Source: Azolla caroliniana (lineage: Eukaryota > Plantae > Polypodiophyta). Taken from it: 64,000 nt of DNA. A model generated the notes under the pieces. That model saw only the letters and a program-made list of their open reading frames with translations, ran no database searches and was not told the DNA's origin. Position numbers and translations under genes: made by a program. Location of the stretch: the NCBI GenBank assembly GCA_043228905.1, contig JBHGNT010000003.1, positions 7,316,001 to 7,380,000 of the forward strand, written 5' to 3'. Below are positions 11,423-23,201 of this stretch, in pieces; position 1 is the stretch's first letter; every line of letters begins with the position of its first letter.

Positions 11423-14380
11423 CCGAGGGTCGTTGAGCCGATGGTTATCTTCACGGTATTGCATGTGCCATGGAACCTCAAACCGATTCCAGTACCTAGA
11501 GCTCACATCCTGAAGCTGATGGAGCTACTGAAGCAGAAGGTGGAGATGGGCATCCTCGAACCGTCGAGTGCTCCATACTTGAATCGGTGGTTTACTGTGC
11601 CAAAGAAGAACGGCACCTTGCGCTTTATTTAGGACCTGCAGTCGGTCAACAAGGTGACCATTCGGAACGCAGGGATCAGACCGGCCATTTACGAGTTCGT
11701 GAAGGCCGTCGCCGGAAGGTCGATTTACTCGGTAGGGGATTTTTCCTTGGGGTACGACCAATTCCAACTAGTCATGGAGAGTAGGGATATTACGACAATG
11801 CAGACTCCTCTCGGCCTAGTGCGGATGTGTACCCTTCCACAAGGGAGGACAAACTCGGTAGCGCACATGGTGAATGAGATGAATAAGGTGCTAAGCGACT
11901 GCATCCCGGACATCACCATGCCATTTTTGGATGACATTCCAATCAAGGGATGTCGAATGGAGGATAAGGACGAAACGGTCGCATCGGACGGGTGTCGGAA
12001 ACTCGTCTCGAACCACATCGGAGACTGCGAGAAGGTGCTATAGAAGCTAGAAGGCGAGCGGCTCGCCTTCTCCGGGGAGAAATCAACTTTCGGACAGTCG
12101 GAAATCATGGTCGTCGGACACCTGTGCGGGCCTTATGGCCGGAAACCGTCTCCGGCTAAGGTGGAAGCTATCTCCGTGATGAAGGAAGACTGCAGGTCGG
12201 TTACAGAAGTCTGGAGGTTCTTGGGATCTTGCGCGTTCTACCACAGTGTGATCCCGCATTACGCCCATATCGCGGAGCCGCTCTATGGGTTGTTGAAGAA
12301 AGGGCACAAGTTTGAGTGGGGCGGGGAGCATGCGGAGTCAGTCCGGAAAATGAAAGAAGCGCTTGCCACGGCACCGACACTCCGGAAAGCGGTCTACGGT
12401 AAACATGTTCCGATTTATGTAACCATAGACAAAAGTCCGACCGGAATCGGATGGGTGATCATCTAGGAGGATGAGAACGGCACGAGGTTCCCCATCCGGT
12501 TCGGTGCGAAAATACTTGGCGAGCGACAACGAGGATACGCCCAGGTTAAACGCAAACTCTGGGGTATCGTTTCGGCGGTCAAGGCCGACAAAGACTGCCT
12601 ACCAATTCTCGGTATGGTTTCCGGATGCGCGATGTTGGACCTGGCCATGCTCAGGTGCATAGCGTACATTAAGTCCCTGAATCCGGAGATACGGCACATC
12701 TCCTGGAAGAACAACGCCATGGCCGACATGATTTCGAGAGCGAGGTTTGATGATGAGGGTGACATGGTTTCAGAGGACGAGGAAATCGTCGTGGACTTCT
12801 TTGAGACAGCTTACGTGACGACGAGAAAGAGGAGCACTCTAGCGCTTAACGAGTTCGACGAGAGCAAGTACGATGGGGAATGGCTCCGGATCGGTGGGTT
12901 CCTGAAAACGATGATGCCGGACGTGGCATGGACAAAGAAAGAGGCTAACCGGATCCGAAAGAAAGCGTACCGATTCTTCCTACGGGACGAATGCATATGG
13001 AAGCACCCGAAGAAGCGAGACAATGTCCCACTCTGGGTAGTGGCGAGGGAGGAGGAGCAAGAAGCCTTGTTGACGGTGTACCACGAGAGTCCTTAGGCCG
13101 GACATCGGGGGAGATGGGCCATGTTCGAGAAGCTGAAGGAGAAGTACTGGTGGCCGGGGCTGTATCGGGACGTGCATCGGTTCGTAACGACTTGCAAAAG
13201 CTATCTGATGCATTCCACAGTCCGACATCGGGACGAGCTACACCCGACTTACCCGCCAACCATCCACTTCAAGTGGGTGGTGGATATGGTGACGATGCCG
13301 ATGGGGGTAGGGCAGATGCAATACCTGGTGCTAGCACGAGAGGACTTGACAAACCAGGTGGAGGGCCGAGCGTTACCGAACAAGACGACCGCGGCCGTGT
13401 GCCGGTTCCTGATCGAAAAAGTGGTATGTTGGTACAGGTGCGTAGGGAAGATCATAGCGGACCGTGGAGAACTAGATGCACAAGAGGCCGTAGAGTTGTT
13501 TGATCGGTTAGGGGTTAAACTCTCAGTCACCACGGCGTACAATCCGGAGGCAAACGGGAAGGTGGAACGCGGACACGGGCCAATCGTAAAGGCATTGGTA
13601 TGGTGTCGTGAAGAAAACCGGCCATGGGCAGAATCGGTGAAAAAGGCGCATGAACCGGCTCTTACACGGGTGGACGCGAGAATTGATATTTTGTACATAT
13701 TTCGTAATTAGGTCGGCTGATGTAAATACTAGGTAGTACACATTTATTAGGGGATTTGTGCGTATCTCTGTCGAAAGGGACAGGGAATAAAGCAGTTTCG
13801 ACTAAGGAAAAAAGGTGTAAAAGTAGCATGCGGAAGCAGGTATGAAGACCAAACAGAAGGAAGAAAGACTCAGGTTTAATGGAGAGCTTGAGCTTACGCA
13901 GTATACGCGGGAGAGACAGAGAGAGTGAGAGAGAGAGAAAAACAAGAACTATATTCAAAAAGGTACTCTATCTCTATTCACTACATTGTGTACATGTGTG
14001 TGTTCAATGAACACTTTTATACAAGTCCTAGAAGGATTGACCGAAGTACTGACAGTACTTCAATGCTCATTAAGAGCTCCTACACTAACTCCCAAATATA
14101 TTCCTCACGGAATATCTTCCCTAACGACCTCCCGGTTTACGCACCGATCCGGCCCTACCTACGCACCGGTCTACGTACTGGTTTACGCATTCGGCCTAAC
14201 CGATCGCTCCCAACCGATTCGGTCCTCGGCTTCTTCAGCCGATCCGGCTGATGTTGAGCTTGTCTCTCAACACTCCCCCTCAAGCTCAACTTGAGGCTCT
14301 TCGAGATCTTCGGGCTCACAGCTCCGGTTCCTCCTGGCTTCACGCCTCGCTCGCGCTCCACGACTTGTTCGACTCCGCGC

Positions 14381-15875
14381 TGTCGTAGTGTATTTCGTAC
14401 ATTACGTGAAAAAGTAAAAATAATATAACTGATTTAATTACATATAAATAAATAAAATAAGAATATCAAAATACTTACCACGTGCATAGGACAGGATTCA
14501 AACCCTGTACCTCCACGTAGCCAAACCTCAACTTTACCATTATGCTACCTTATCTTTAGTGTTCTACAAATAGATTTAATAACTATAAGTCCTTTATTTG
14601 CGCCTACCTTTATATAAAGGTAAATCATGCATTTTTAGAGTGCGTGAATATTTTATAGAAAAACGCAAGCAACTAAAAAGTGACTCATGCACATCTAGCG
14701 TGCATGAGCACTATATTTAGCAAATAAAAGCAAGGATTAGAAAAGCATCACATGTACATTTAGTGTGCATGAACATATTAGAAAAAAGCATGTAGCTATG
14801 CTTAGTCTCTCCCATCATTATATAAGGATGGGGAGCACAATGTAATAGGTGTGTGAAATACTTGGAAATTGGATATATTTCCGAAAACACCAAGCAATTA
14901 ATATAATCGTGGGATTCACAAAAATAATATAATCTATACTTGTGGGATTCACAAGTTTCTTATATCTTTCTTTCAATCTAAATACATATTCTTATCTAAA
15001 TATTGATTAATCGAATACAATACACTCGTGGGATTCACGAAATTTCTATCTCTCTTTCTAATAATCTATTCATTACTAGCCTCATCTCATATTCTTCTTT
15101 CTCTCGTAGTCATATGCCTCTCGTAAAGCTTCTTCAAAGGACCCCCATGTTGGGTTTTGTTACCGTATCTTGTAGATTCTCTCTTGTAACCCATCTGTGG
15201 CTATTTGGCTGAAGGATATCACTTGTAATCCTTCCGGTATCCCACATCGCATCATCTCCGCCTTGTATTCACGTAGATAGCGTGACACATCATTTCCGTT
15301 GAATTACCCATTTCTTTGCACAAGCCGCTCTACTACCGACTTCATCTCTGACATCGCACGATGCTCTTGTTGCATCCGCTCAATCATCATCATCATTATG
15401 CTCATCGCCTCTTGTTGATTCTCCATCTCCTTGCCACCCGCTTTCACGTCGGGTTCACCAAATGTGTCGTGCCTTTCGGCTCCAGATCGTTTGCGTGAGT
15501 CGGGTGGGAACCGCTGAGGTTTTGGACTAGGAGAAAGAAAAATACAAATAAGGCTAGTAAAGAATAGGTATAAAGAGTTATAAGATAAGAATCTTGTGAA
15601 TCCCACGAGTTTAGTATATTTAGTTGATTATTTTTCTATAATGATCAATCAATCTAAAATATTCGTGGGATTCACGAATTTGCTAAAATAATTCTCTCTT
15701 ACTACCTAAATATTGACTAAATATACTAAACTCGTGGGATTCACAAGATTCTTATCTTATAACTCTTTATACCTATTCTTTACTAGCCTTATTTGTATTT
15801 TTTTTTCTCCTAGTCCAAAACCTCAGCGGTTCCCACCTGACTCACGCAAACGATCTGGAGCCGAAAGGGACAACA
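14381..15875 (+). mobile_element. Rearranged LTR insertion of a tRNA-Trp Gypsy family, with an internal inverted LTR-end/PBS/gag segment
   Basis: TGTCGT..ACAACA ends and a 4-bp TSD GCGC. 15464-15624 is the reverse complement of about 15716-15875. Minus-strand PBS-Trp at 15443-15460 and a gag remnant at about 15105-15426. Confidence 0.82.
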
Positions 15876-18800
15876 GCGCGGTTCGACCCTTCCGGTCGGC
15901 TTGTCTGCTCATGTGGCCCTTATCAGCTCTTCTGCTGTTGCGGTGTTGACGCTTCTCCTGCTGCCTTTTCTTCCGCTTGGGCCTCGGTTGATTCAGCGTA
16001 TCTGAATCAAACATCCGAACCGACTCGGCTACCTCCGATCAGTTTTCGCTCTCGTCCGAGTTGGCTGTCTCCAACTCGTCTTCAGTCTTCTCGCCCTCGG
16101 TGGTGTCATCTTCCCCATGCGTGGTTGGCTTCGGCTCTCTCCTTCGGTTGCTCCCCTTCTGTCCGCTTCCGGACTTTTCCGCGGGTCCGCCCTCGGCTTC
16201 TTCAGCCGATCCGAAGTCAAGCTCGACAACCGACTCGGTGTCACGGTGTCCGCTCCTTTCCTGTTGCCTTGTTTGGTCGTTCGGGACTGTTCTCCCCCCT
16301 CAAGTTTGGCACGTCGAGGTGACGCAATCCGAGTGCACCGGAGAATTGCCGCAACTTGTCCAGACCAAGAGGCTTAGTGAAGATGTCGGCAGTCTGTCGA
16401 TCCGTCGGCCCGTATTGAAGTTCGACTTCACTGGAAAGGACACGCTCATGGACAAAATGGTAGTGCACCTCAATGTGCTTGGTCCGTGCGTGGAAAACGG
16501 GGTTTTTCGCGAGCTAGATGCTGCTGAGGTTGTCGCAGTAGATCGTCGTCGGATCTGACACCTCCTCTGGCAGGTCCCTAAGTAGCAGCTTCAACCATAT
16601 GGCTTCGCATGTCGCGACAGCCGCTCCTCCGTACTCAGCTTCGGTGCTTGACAGTGCAACTGTCAACTGCTTCTTACTGCTCCACGCGATCGCGGCACTC
16701 CCGAGGGAGAACGCGTATCCGGACGTGGATCGGCGATCGGCGGGGTTACTAGCCCAATCAGCATCGGTGTAGCCGACTAACTGCGCGGTTGCACCGGTCC
16801 GATATAGCAGTCCCCGGTCCTTAGTGCCGTTGACATACCGAAGTATGCGTTGCACACACTGGAGGTGCTCCTCGGTAGGTCACGCCATGAAGTGACTGAT
16901 CACTCTGACCGGATAACTGAGGTCGGGTCGGGTGATGGTCAAGTATATGAGGCTTCCGACAATTTGTCGGAACTTCGTCGAGTCGCATACCTTTCACGTA
17001 GCGGGACGAAGCTTGACAGTTCTGTTCAGAGGAGTCGAGACGGACTTACAGTCGGCCATCCCGAATTTGAAGAGCATACTCAGCACGTAATGACGTTGGC
17101 TGATCAATATGCCTTCGGGGGTACGGATCACTTCGATCCCGAGGAGGTAACGAAGGTCCCCCAGATCCTTCATGTCGAACAATGCCGCAAGCTGGAGCTT
17201 CACGCGGTCGATTTCACCTAGGTCGGCGCCGGTGATGACCAAGTCATCAACATAAAGTAAAATACTAACCGGTCCGAGTCGACCTTTCCGGATGAACAGG
17301 CAAGAGTCCGATTGTGACGTGACGAAGCCCATCCGACGCAGTTGTTGCGTGATCTTTGCGTTCCAGGCACACGGGGCTTGCTTCAATCCGTAAAGGGACT
17401 TCTTCAGTCCACATACTGCCGAGGAGTTCGTTCCAGAGTGAAATCCGGGGGGTTGTACCATGTACACCTGTTCCTCAAGGTCACCTTGCAGGAACGCATT
17501 CTTTACATCCATCTGATGTAAGTGCCACCCCTTCACCGCAGCTACTGCGAGCAAAACACGGACGGTCGTCATTTTCGCGACCGGCGCAAATGTCTCATCG
17601 TAGTCGATGCCGTGTTTTTGCGCGTAGCCCTTTGCCACTGGTCGAGCCTTGTACCGGTTGACCGAGCCATCGGTGTTGTACTTGACCTTGTACACCCACC
17701 TACACCCGATCGGTTTTACCCCTGTTGGTGCGTCAACCAAGTCCCAAGTCTCGTTCTCCGCCAATGCGTGCATCTCTTCCTCCATCGCGGCACGCCAATT
17801 CGCGTCTTTAGCCGCTTCTGCGTAGCTCTCCGGCTCACGCACTTCCGCTACACGGGTCATGTACGCATAATGATGCGCCATGTACTCGTTGTATCCGAAC
17901 CGCAAAACAGGGTTCTTCTGGCGGGTAGATCGGCGTAATCTCACATTAGCCGATGTGGAGGCCTTCTCGTTCGACGCGGACTTCACCTTTAAAGACCCGT
18001 CACAGGTTCCCTTGGAGTCTGACTCACGTCAGTCTGACTCGTTCCTATCCGTGCCGAAATCCGATACCTTCTTCTTCCCTTTCTCTTTGCGCGCAAGCCG
18101 TCTCCTCGACTTCCTGCGCGGGGAATGCACGGCCGAGTCTCCACTACTCGCCGGCTCTTCATCGGACTGATCGTGCCGACTCAATCGTCTAATCAGTCCA
18201 CTTAAACAGAGTGAAATCGGACTCTCTTTGCGGGTCTCGATTTCGGGCTCATCCGGAGGCATCTCGGCCACGCTGACCTCATCGTCAGGACTCGGCTTGG
18301 ATTCGGGGTTCGGAGTCAGGGGCTGAATACCAGGACGCGGACTCGTCAAACACAACGTCACGGCTAACACGCGCTTGTTTGGTGCGAGGGTTATAGCACT
18401 TATAACCCTTCTGCTCGTCCGAGTAACCGACCAAGATGCATTTCTCGGCCTTTGCGTCCATCTTCCTCCTTTTCTCCTTCGGTACATGCACATACGCAAT
18501 GCTACTGAACACCCTCAAGTGTCACAAGTTCGGCTTTGTTCCGAAATATAGTTCGTGCGCCGACATTGTGTCTCCGATCCGGTTCTGGATGTATACCGCG
18601 GTCCTTACCGCCTCGGCCCAGTAGAACTTGGGCAAGCTCTTCTCCTCCAACATTGCTCATGCCACTTCCACAACTGACCGATTCTTCCTCTCGGCCACGC
18701 CGTTCTGCTCCGGCGTGTATCTACAACTGAATTCGCGCCGAATTCCCATTTGTTTTAGATAACCGTTGAATTGACCAGAAAAGTACTCTTTCCCGCCATC

Positions 18801-19059
18801 CGACCGCAGGCACTTGATCTTTTGTCCCATTTCTGTTTCCACGAACCCTTTGAGGTCTCGGAAACAGTCAAAGACTTCGCTCTTCCTCTCAATGAGGTAG
18901 ATCCACGTGTGCCACGTGTGGTCGTCGATGAAGGAGACGAAATATCGGCTCCCGCCAAGACTAACGTTTTGTGCCGGCCCCCATACATCGGAGTGTATAA
19001 GGTCGAGCTTGTTCCGGCTCCGGTTTCGCTCGTTGGTGAAAGGAAGTCGGTGTTGCTTC

Positions 19060-20232
19060 TAGGGATCGGCAACGGTTCGGTTTAGGCTTAGCCGGTTTGG
19101 CCTTATCCAAGCCAAACCGGCTAAGCCTAAACCGTTTAGGGATTTTCAAACCTAAACCGAACCGAACCGAACCGAACCCTAAACCGGTTTGGGCTAAACC
19201 GGTTTATGAACCGGCTTGGTAAACGGTTTGTAAACCGGTTTGTAAACCGGTTTGTAAACCGGTTTGTGAACTTCATAACACAATATTGTTACAATTTATC
19301 ATTCAACTTCATAACAGAATTCCACTACAATTTATCATTGAACAATCCAAATGAAGAATGATAACAAGGCCTAGAGAAGAACAACAAGAAAACATAAAAT
19401 TTAACTAATGCAAAGGAAAACTTAACTAGAGATCATGTGTTGCTCAGTCCATGATGTTCTTTTTCTTGCCTTTGTTTTGCCTCTAGGGGCTGATATTGAT
19501 GTTGCCGACTCCATATAAATGTATGTGTGTTGATTGAGTTGGTCAGCAAAAGAGATAATGGTGGGTGTGTGTGCCTGACAATAAAATGTTGTTATATCAA
19601 TAAGTGAACTTAAAATCCATTATGGATTATTAGATTTACTTGGTTACATATGAATATGAATATGGTAAAAACCTATTCATATTCATATGTAACCAAGTAA
19701 AAACCTATTTCCTTTATGTAGATGATTATGAATATGGTAAAAACCTATTCATATTCATATGTAACCAAGTAAAAACCTATTTCCTTTATGTAGATGATTA
19801 TGAATATGGTAAAAACCTATTCATATTCATATGTAACCAAGTAAAAACCTATTTCCTTTATGTAGATGATTATGAATATGGTAAAAACCTATTTCCTTTA
19901 TGTAGATGATTATGAATATGGTAAAAACCTATTTCCTTTATGTAGATGATTGCTAGTAAAAAGCTCATCCTATCTTTTCCAACAATAAAAATATCCTACT
20001 CTAATCGTGAGTTATTACATTGTGCCACAATGTATGTCATATGAGGTAAAGTATTTGACTATACCATTATTCATATATGTGTATAATTTTATTGTGAATC
20101 TTACTTCGTATATGTCTACATTGTAGACTGTAGTGACAAATGCACGCAGGCGGCAACAGCAGGTTCTCGTCTTCCACTTTGTAGTATCTACTATTCAGAG
20201 TGCAGCTCTGAGCTGACCTCTCTCTATCTCTC

Positions 20233-20268
<36 letters not shown>

Positions 20269-20485
20269 GCTCTCTCTCGCTCTCTCTCTCTCTCTCTCAT
20301 CACTTAAACGGCTTAAACGGCTTAGCCGGCTTGAGCCGGTTTGGCGAGGCTCAAGCCAAGCCGAGCCGAGCTCAAACCGTTAAGGCAGGCTCAAGCCTAA
20401 ACCGAGCCGAGCCGAGCCGCCAAGCCGTTTTCAAGCCGGCTAAGACAAACGGTTTAGGCTTGAGCCGAGCCGTTGCCGATCCCTA
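19060..20485. mobile_element. Non-autonomous hAT (Ac/Ds-like) DNA transposon
   Basis: TIR TAGGGATCGGCAACGGYTCGG at both ends, perfect 8-bp TSD GTTGCTTC, dense subterminal AAACCG/AAACGG/GAGCCG motifs and no transposase ORF. Confidence 0.95.
19655..19950. repeat. Tandem repeat inside the hAT element: about three 72-bp units plus two shortened units of about 40 bp
   Basis: Unit GATTATGAATATGGTAAAAACCTATTCATATTCATATGTAACCAAGTAAAAACCTATTTCCTTTATGTAGAT. Confidence 0.9.
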
Positions 20486-23184
20486 GTTGCTTCCCGAGCT
20501 GGCAGGCTTCACAAATTTGTGCCTTTCGGCCACAAAATTTGGGCAATCCGAACACTACCTGTTTCGATTGTAGATCTTGAAGCCGTTGGTAGTTGACGTG
20601 GCCTATCCGCTTGTGCCACAAGTCGATGTCCGACTCGGATTTTTGTCCCTTCGCGAACATTGCGGTGCCGCCGTCAGTGGAATCGAGGATGAACATCCTC
20701 CCGTCTCTGCGCCGTTACGCAATCACACGGCCTTCTTCCTCAATGAAGCACCCGAGGTGTGTAAACCGAACCTCCATCCCTTGGTCGACGATCTGTCCGA
20801 CCGAGACAAAGTTCTTTGTGATTGTCAGAACGTGCAATACGTTCATGAGCTTCCCTTTCTGCCCGACATGGCTAAGGGGAACTTCTCCGACATTCCCGAT
20901 CGGATGCGGAGTGTCGTCTCCAGTTGCGACTACTCCAGGTTGTATCTGTTTTTCAAGGTACGAGAACCACTCCTTATGGCTCGTCATGTGGTTTGACGCG
21001 CCGGAGTCTACGTACCACACCTCGTCCGATCTCGGGGTGGTCCGTTTCATTGAGTTTGCTTCATGTCTCGTCACGAAGACAGACCCTTCTCCGGCTCTCC
21101 CGGAGTCTTCGGCGTAGTGCGATCGCTGCCGATTTCCCTTGTCGGTATGTCCGGAGCCGTTTCCGGAACCGGTTCTCTCCGAATCGGCGCGCTTCTTCCA
21201 GCACTCACTTTCCCTGTGGCCTTTCTTGCCGCAGTACCAGCACTCCGCGATGGCCTTCCCTTGCCGGTTCTCATCGCTTCGACTCACCCTGTTTCCGGAG
21301 GGTTCGGAGTTGCTGTCGACATCACTTCGGTGCCTTCTTCCTTGATCTCGTCGGCCGCCTCCATTGCGCGCCGACTCGCCTCGTCCTCCACGTCCACGGG
21401 GCCTATCTCCCTCCGTGTACAGCATTCTGTTGTCGGTGTGCGTGCTTGTAGACGCACCCGCATGGTTCTCCTCTACCAGGAGCATTGATTGTAAGTCGAA
21501 AAAGGACGGCGTATTCTCCCGGGTACACACAGCCGTTCAGAACGCTCCGAACTTCGACGCCAAACCTCCGAGACAGATCTGGACCATCTCGCTCTCCTCG
21601 ATGTTCACCTCTATGGAGGCGAGGGAGTCGCAGATATCCTTGATCTTCGAGGTATAGTCCACCACTAACAAGTCGCGTTGTTGTAGGTTGCTCAACTCCT
21701 GTCGGAGCTGAAGCTTCCTGGCTGTGGTGCTCGCGGCGAAAATCTTCTTCAGATTTTCCCACGCACCCTTCGGCGTCTTTGCATCCCGAACATAGCTCAA
21801 TAGTTGTTCGCCCACACACGACGCAAAGCAGTATAATACCCTGCTCGCCGATTTCTCCCACGACGGGAAGTCTCTGTGTGTCGATTCGGGTGCTGCGTCA
21901 TTAGCTCCTTCAACATAACTCCAGTAGTCGTGTCCGAGCAGGTATTGGTGCATCTTGTAAGACCAAGACACGTAGTTGGTTCTGTTGAGCTTCTCTGTTG
22001 GAAGCGAGCTCGCCATGCCTCTATCCATCATTCTTCTTGTTCTTCTTCGTAAAGTTGTGTCGGCTGCAGAGAGGTTCTCAACCCTCGAGCTCTTATACCA
22101 TGTAAAAAGTAACGTGCAGAAGCAAGTATGAAGACGGAACAGAAGGAAGAAAACTCAGGTTTAATGGAGAGCTTGAGCTTACGCAGTATACGCGGGAGAG
22201 ACAAAGAGAGTGAGAGAGGAAAAAACAAGAACTATATTCAACAGCAGTACTAAATCTCTATTCACCACACTCGCGCTCTGATACCATGTAAAAGTAGCAT
22301 GCGGAAGCAGGTATGAAGACCGAACAGAAGGAAGAAAGACTCGGGTTTAATGGAGAGCTTGAGCTTACGCAGTATACGCGGGAGAGACAGAGAGAGTGAG
22401 AGAGAGAGAAAAACAAGAACTATATTCAAAAAGGTACTCTATCTCTATTCACTACACTGTGTACATGTGTGTGTTCAATGAACACTTTTATACAAGTCCT
22501 AGAAGGACTGACCGAAGTACTGACAATACTTCAATGCTCATTAAGAGCTCCTACACTAACTCCCAAATATATTCCTCATGGAATATCTTCCCTAACGGCC
22601 TCCCGGTTTACGCACCGATCCGGCCCTACCTACGCACCGGTCTGCGTACCGGTTTACACATTCGGCCTAACCGATCCTGTCCTCGGCTTCTTCAGCCGAT
22701 CCGGCCGATGTTGAGCTTGTCTCTCAACAAAAGGGTATCATGCGTTGGCAAGAGGGGGGGATGTTGTAGATCTGAGTGTTGAGCTCTCTCTTCTCCTCCG
22801 ATCGTCGGTCTCTGTGGGTGTCGGGAGTTCGCTGCCTCTGCTTCGTGGACAGTCCGTGTGCTTCCAGCAGAGGCTCTCCCCTTTCTGTTTCTTTGAGTCG
22901 AGTGTGTCCTGTCTGTGTGCGTGAGTAGGATCCTTGTGTCGGGTCCATCGCCGCCTTGCCGGTTGTATTCGTCAGAGTTTGCAATCTCTAGATATTGTAA
23001 TTGACTATTACTGTAATTAAGTGTGTTGTTTCTTTCTCTTTCCTTCTCCCTTTGGCGTATCTACAAATCTTCTCTTCTCTTCTCTTCTCTTCTCTTCTCT
23101 TCTCTCTCTCTCTCTCTCTCCTCGGTTCAAGGCCCCGTGGTCCCGCCTCTTTCTACACGCACACGCGTAACAACGCGACATCAT

Positions 23185-23201
23185 TGGTGAACCCGACGTG
23201 A
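23185..23201 (+). promoter_or_regulatory. Primer binding site complementary to the 3' end of tRNA-Trp
   Basis: TGGTGAACCCGACGTGA is the reverse complement of TCACGTCGGGTTCA-CCA (plant cytosolic tRNA-Trp 3' end, from memory). It lies 4 nt after the LTR end. Confidence 0.8.

Larger units (their letters stand above)
16241..22031 (-). pseudogene. Copia D gag-pol, with frameshifts and split by a hAT insertion
   Basis: gag 21537-22031; CWYCGKKGHRESEC and WYVDSGAS 20715-21530; integrase about 18285-19059; RT 16994-17986; RNase H 16241-16855. Confidence 0.92.
13816..22729 (-). mobile_element. Full-length degenerate Copia D, inserted into the 5' LTR of Gypsy B
   Basis: LTRs at 13816-14272 and 22287-22729, TSD AAAGG, PBS-iMet at 22275-22286, PPT at 14273-14284. 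Same family as Copia A and F. Confidence 0.95.

Noticed and set aside
19640-19909. Repetitive 89-aa ORF with a CRISPR-like appearance
   Set aside because: It is a tandem repeat without unique spacers or cas genes; the ORF arises because the 72-bp period is a multiple of three.
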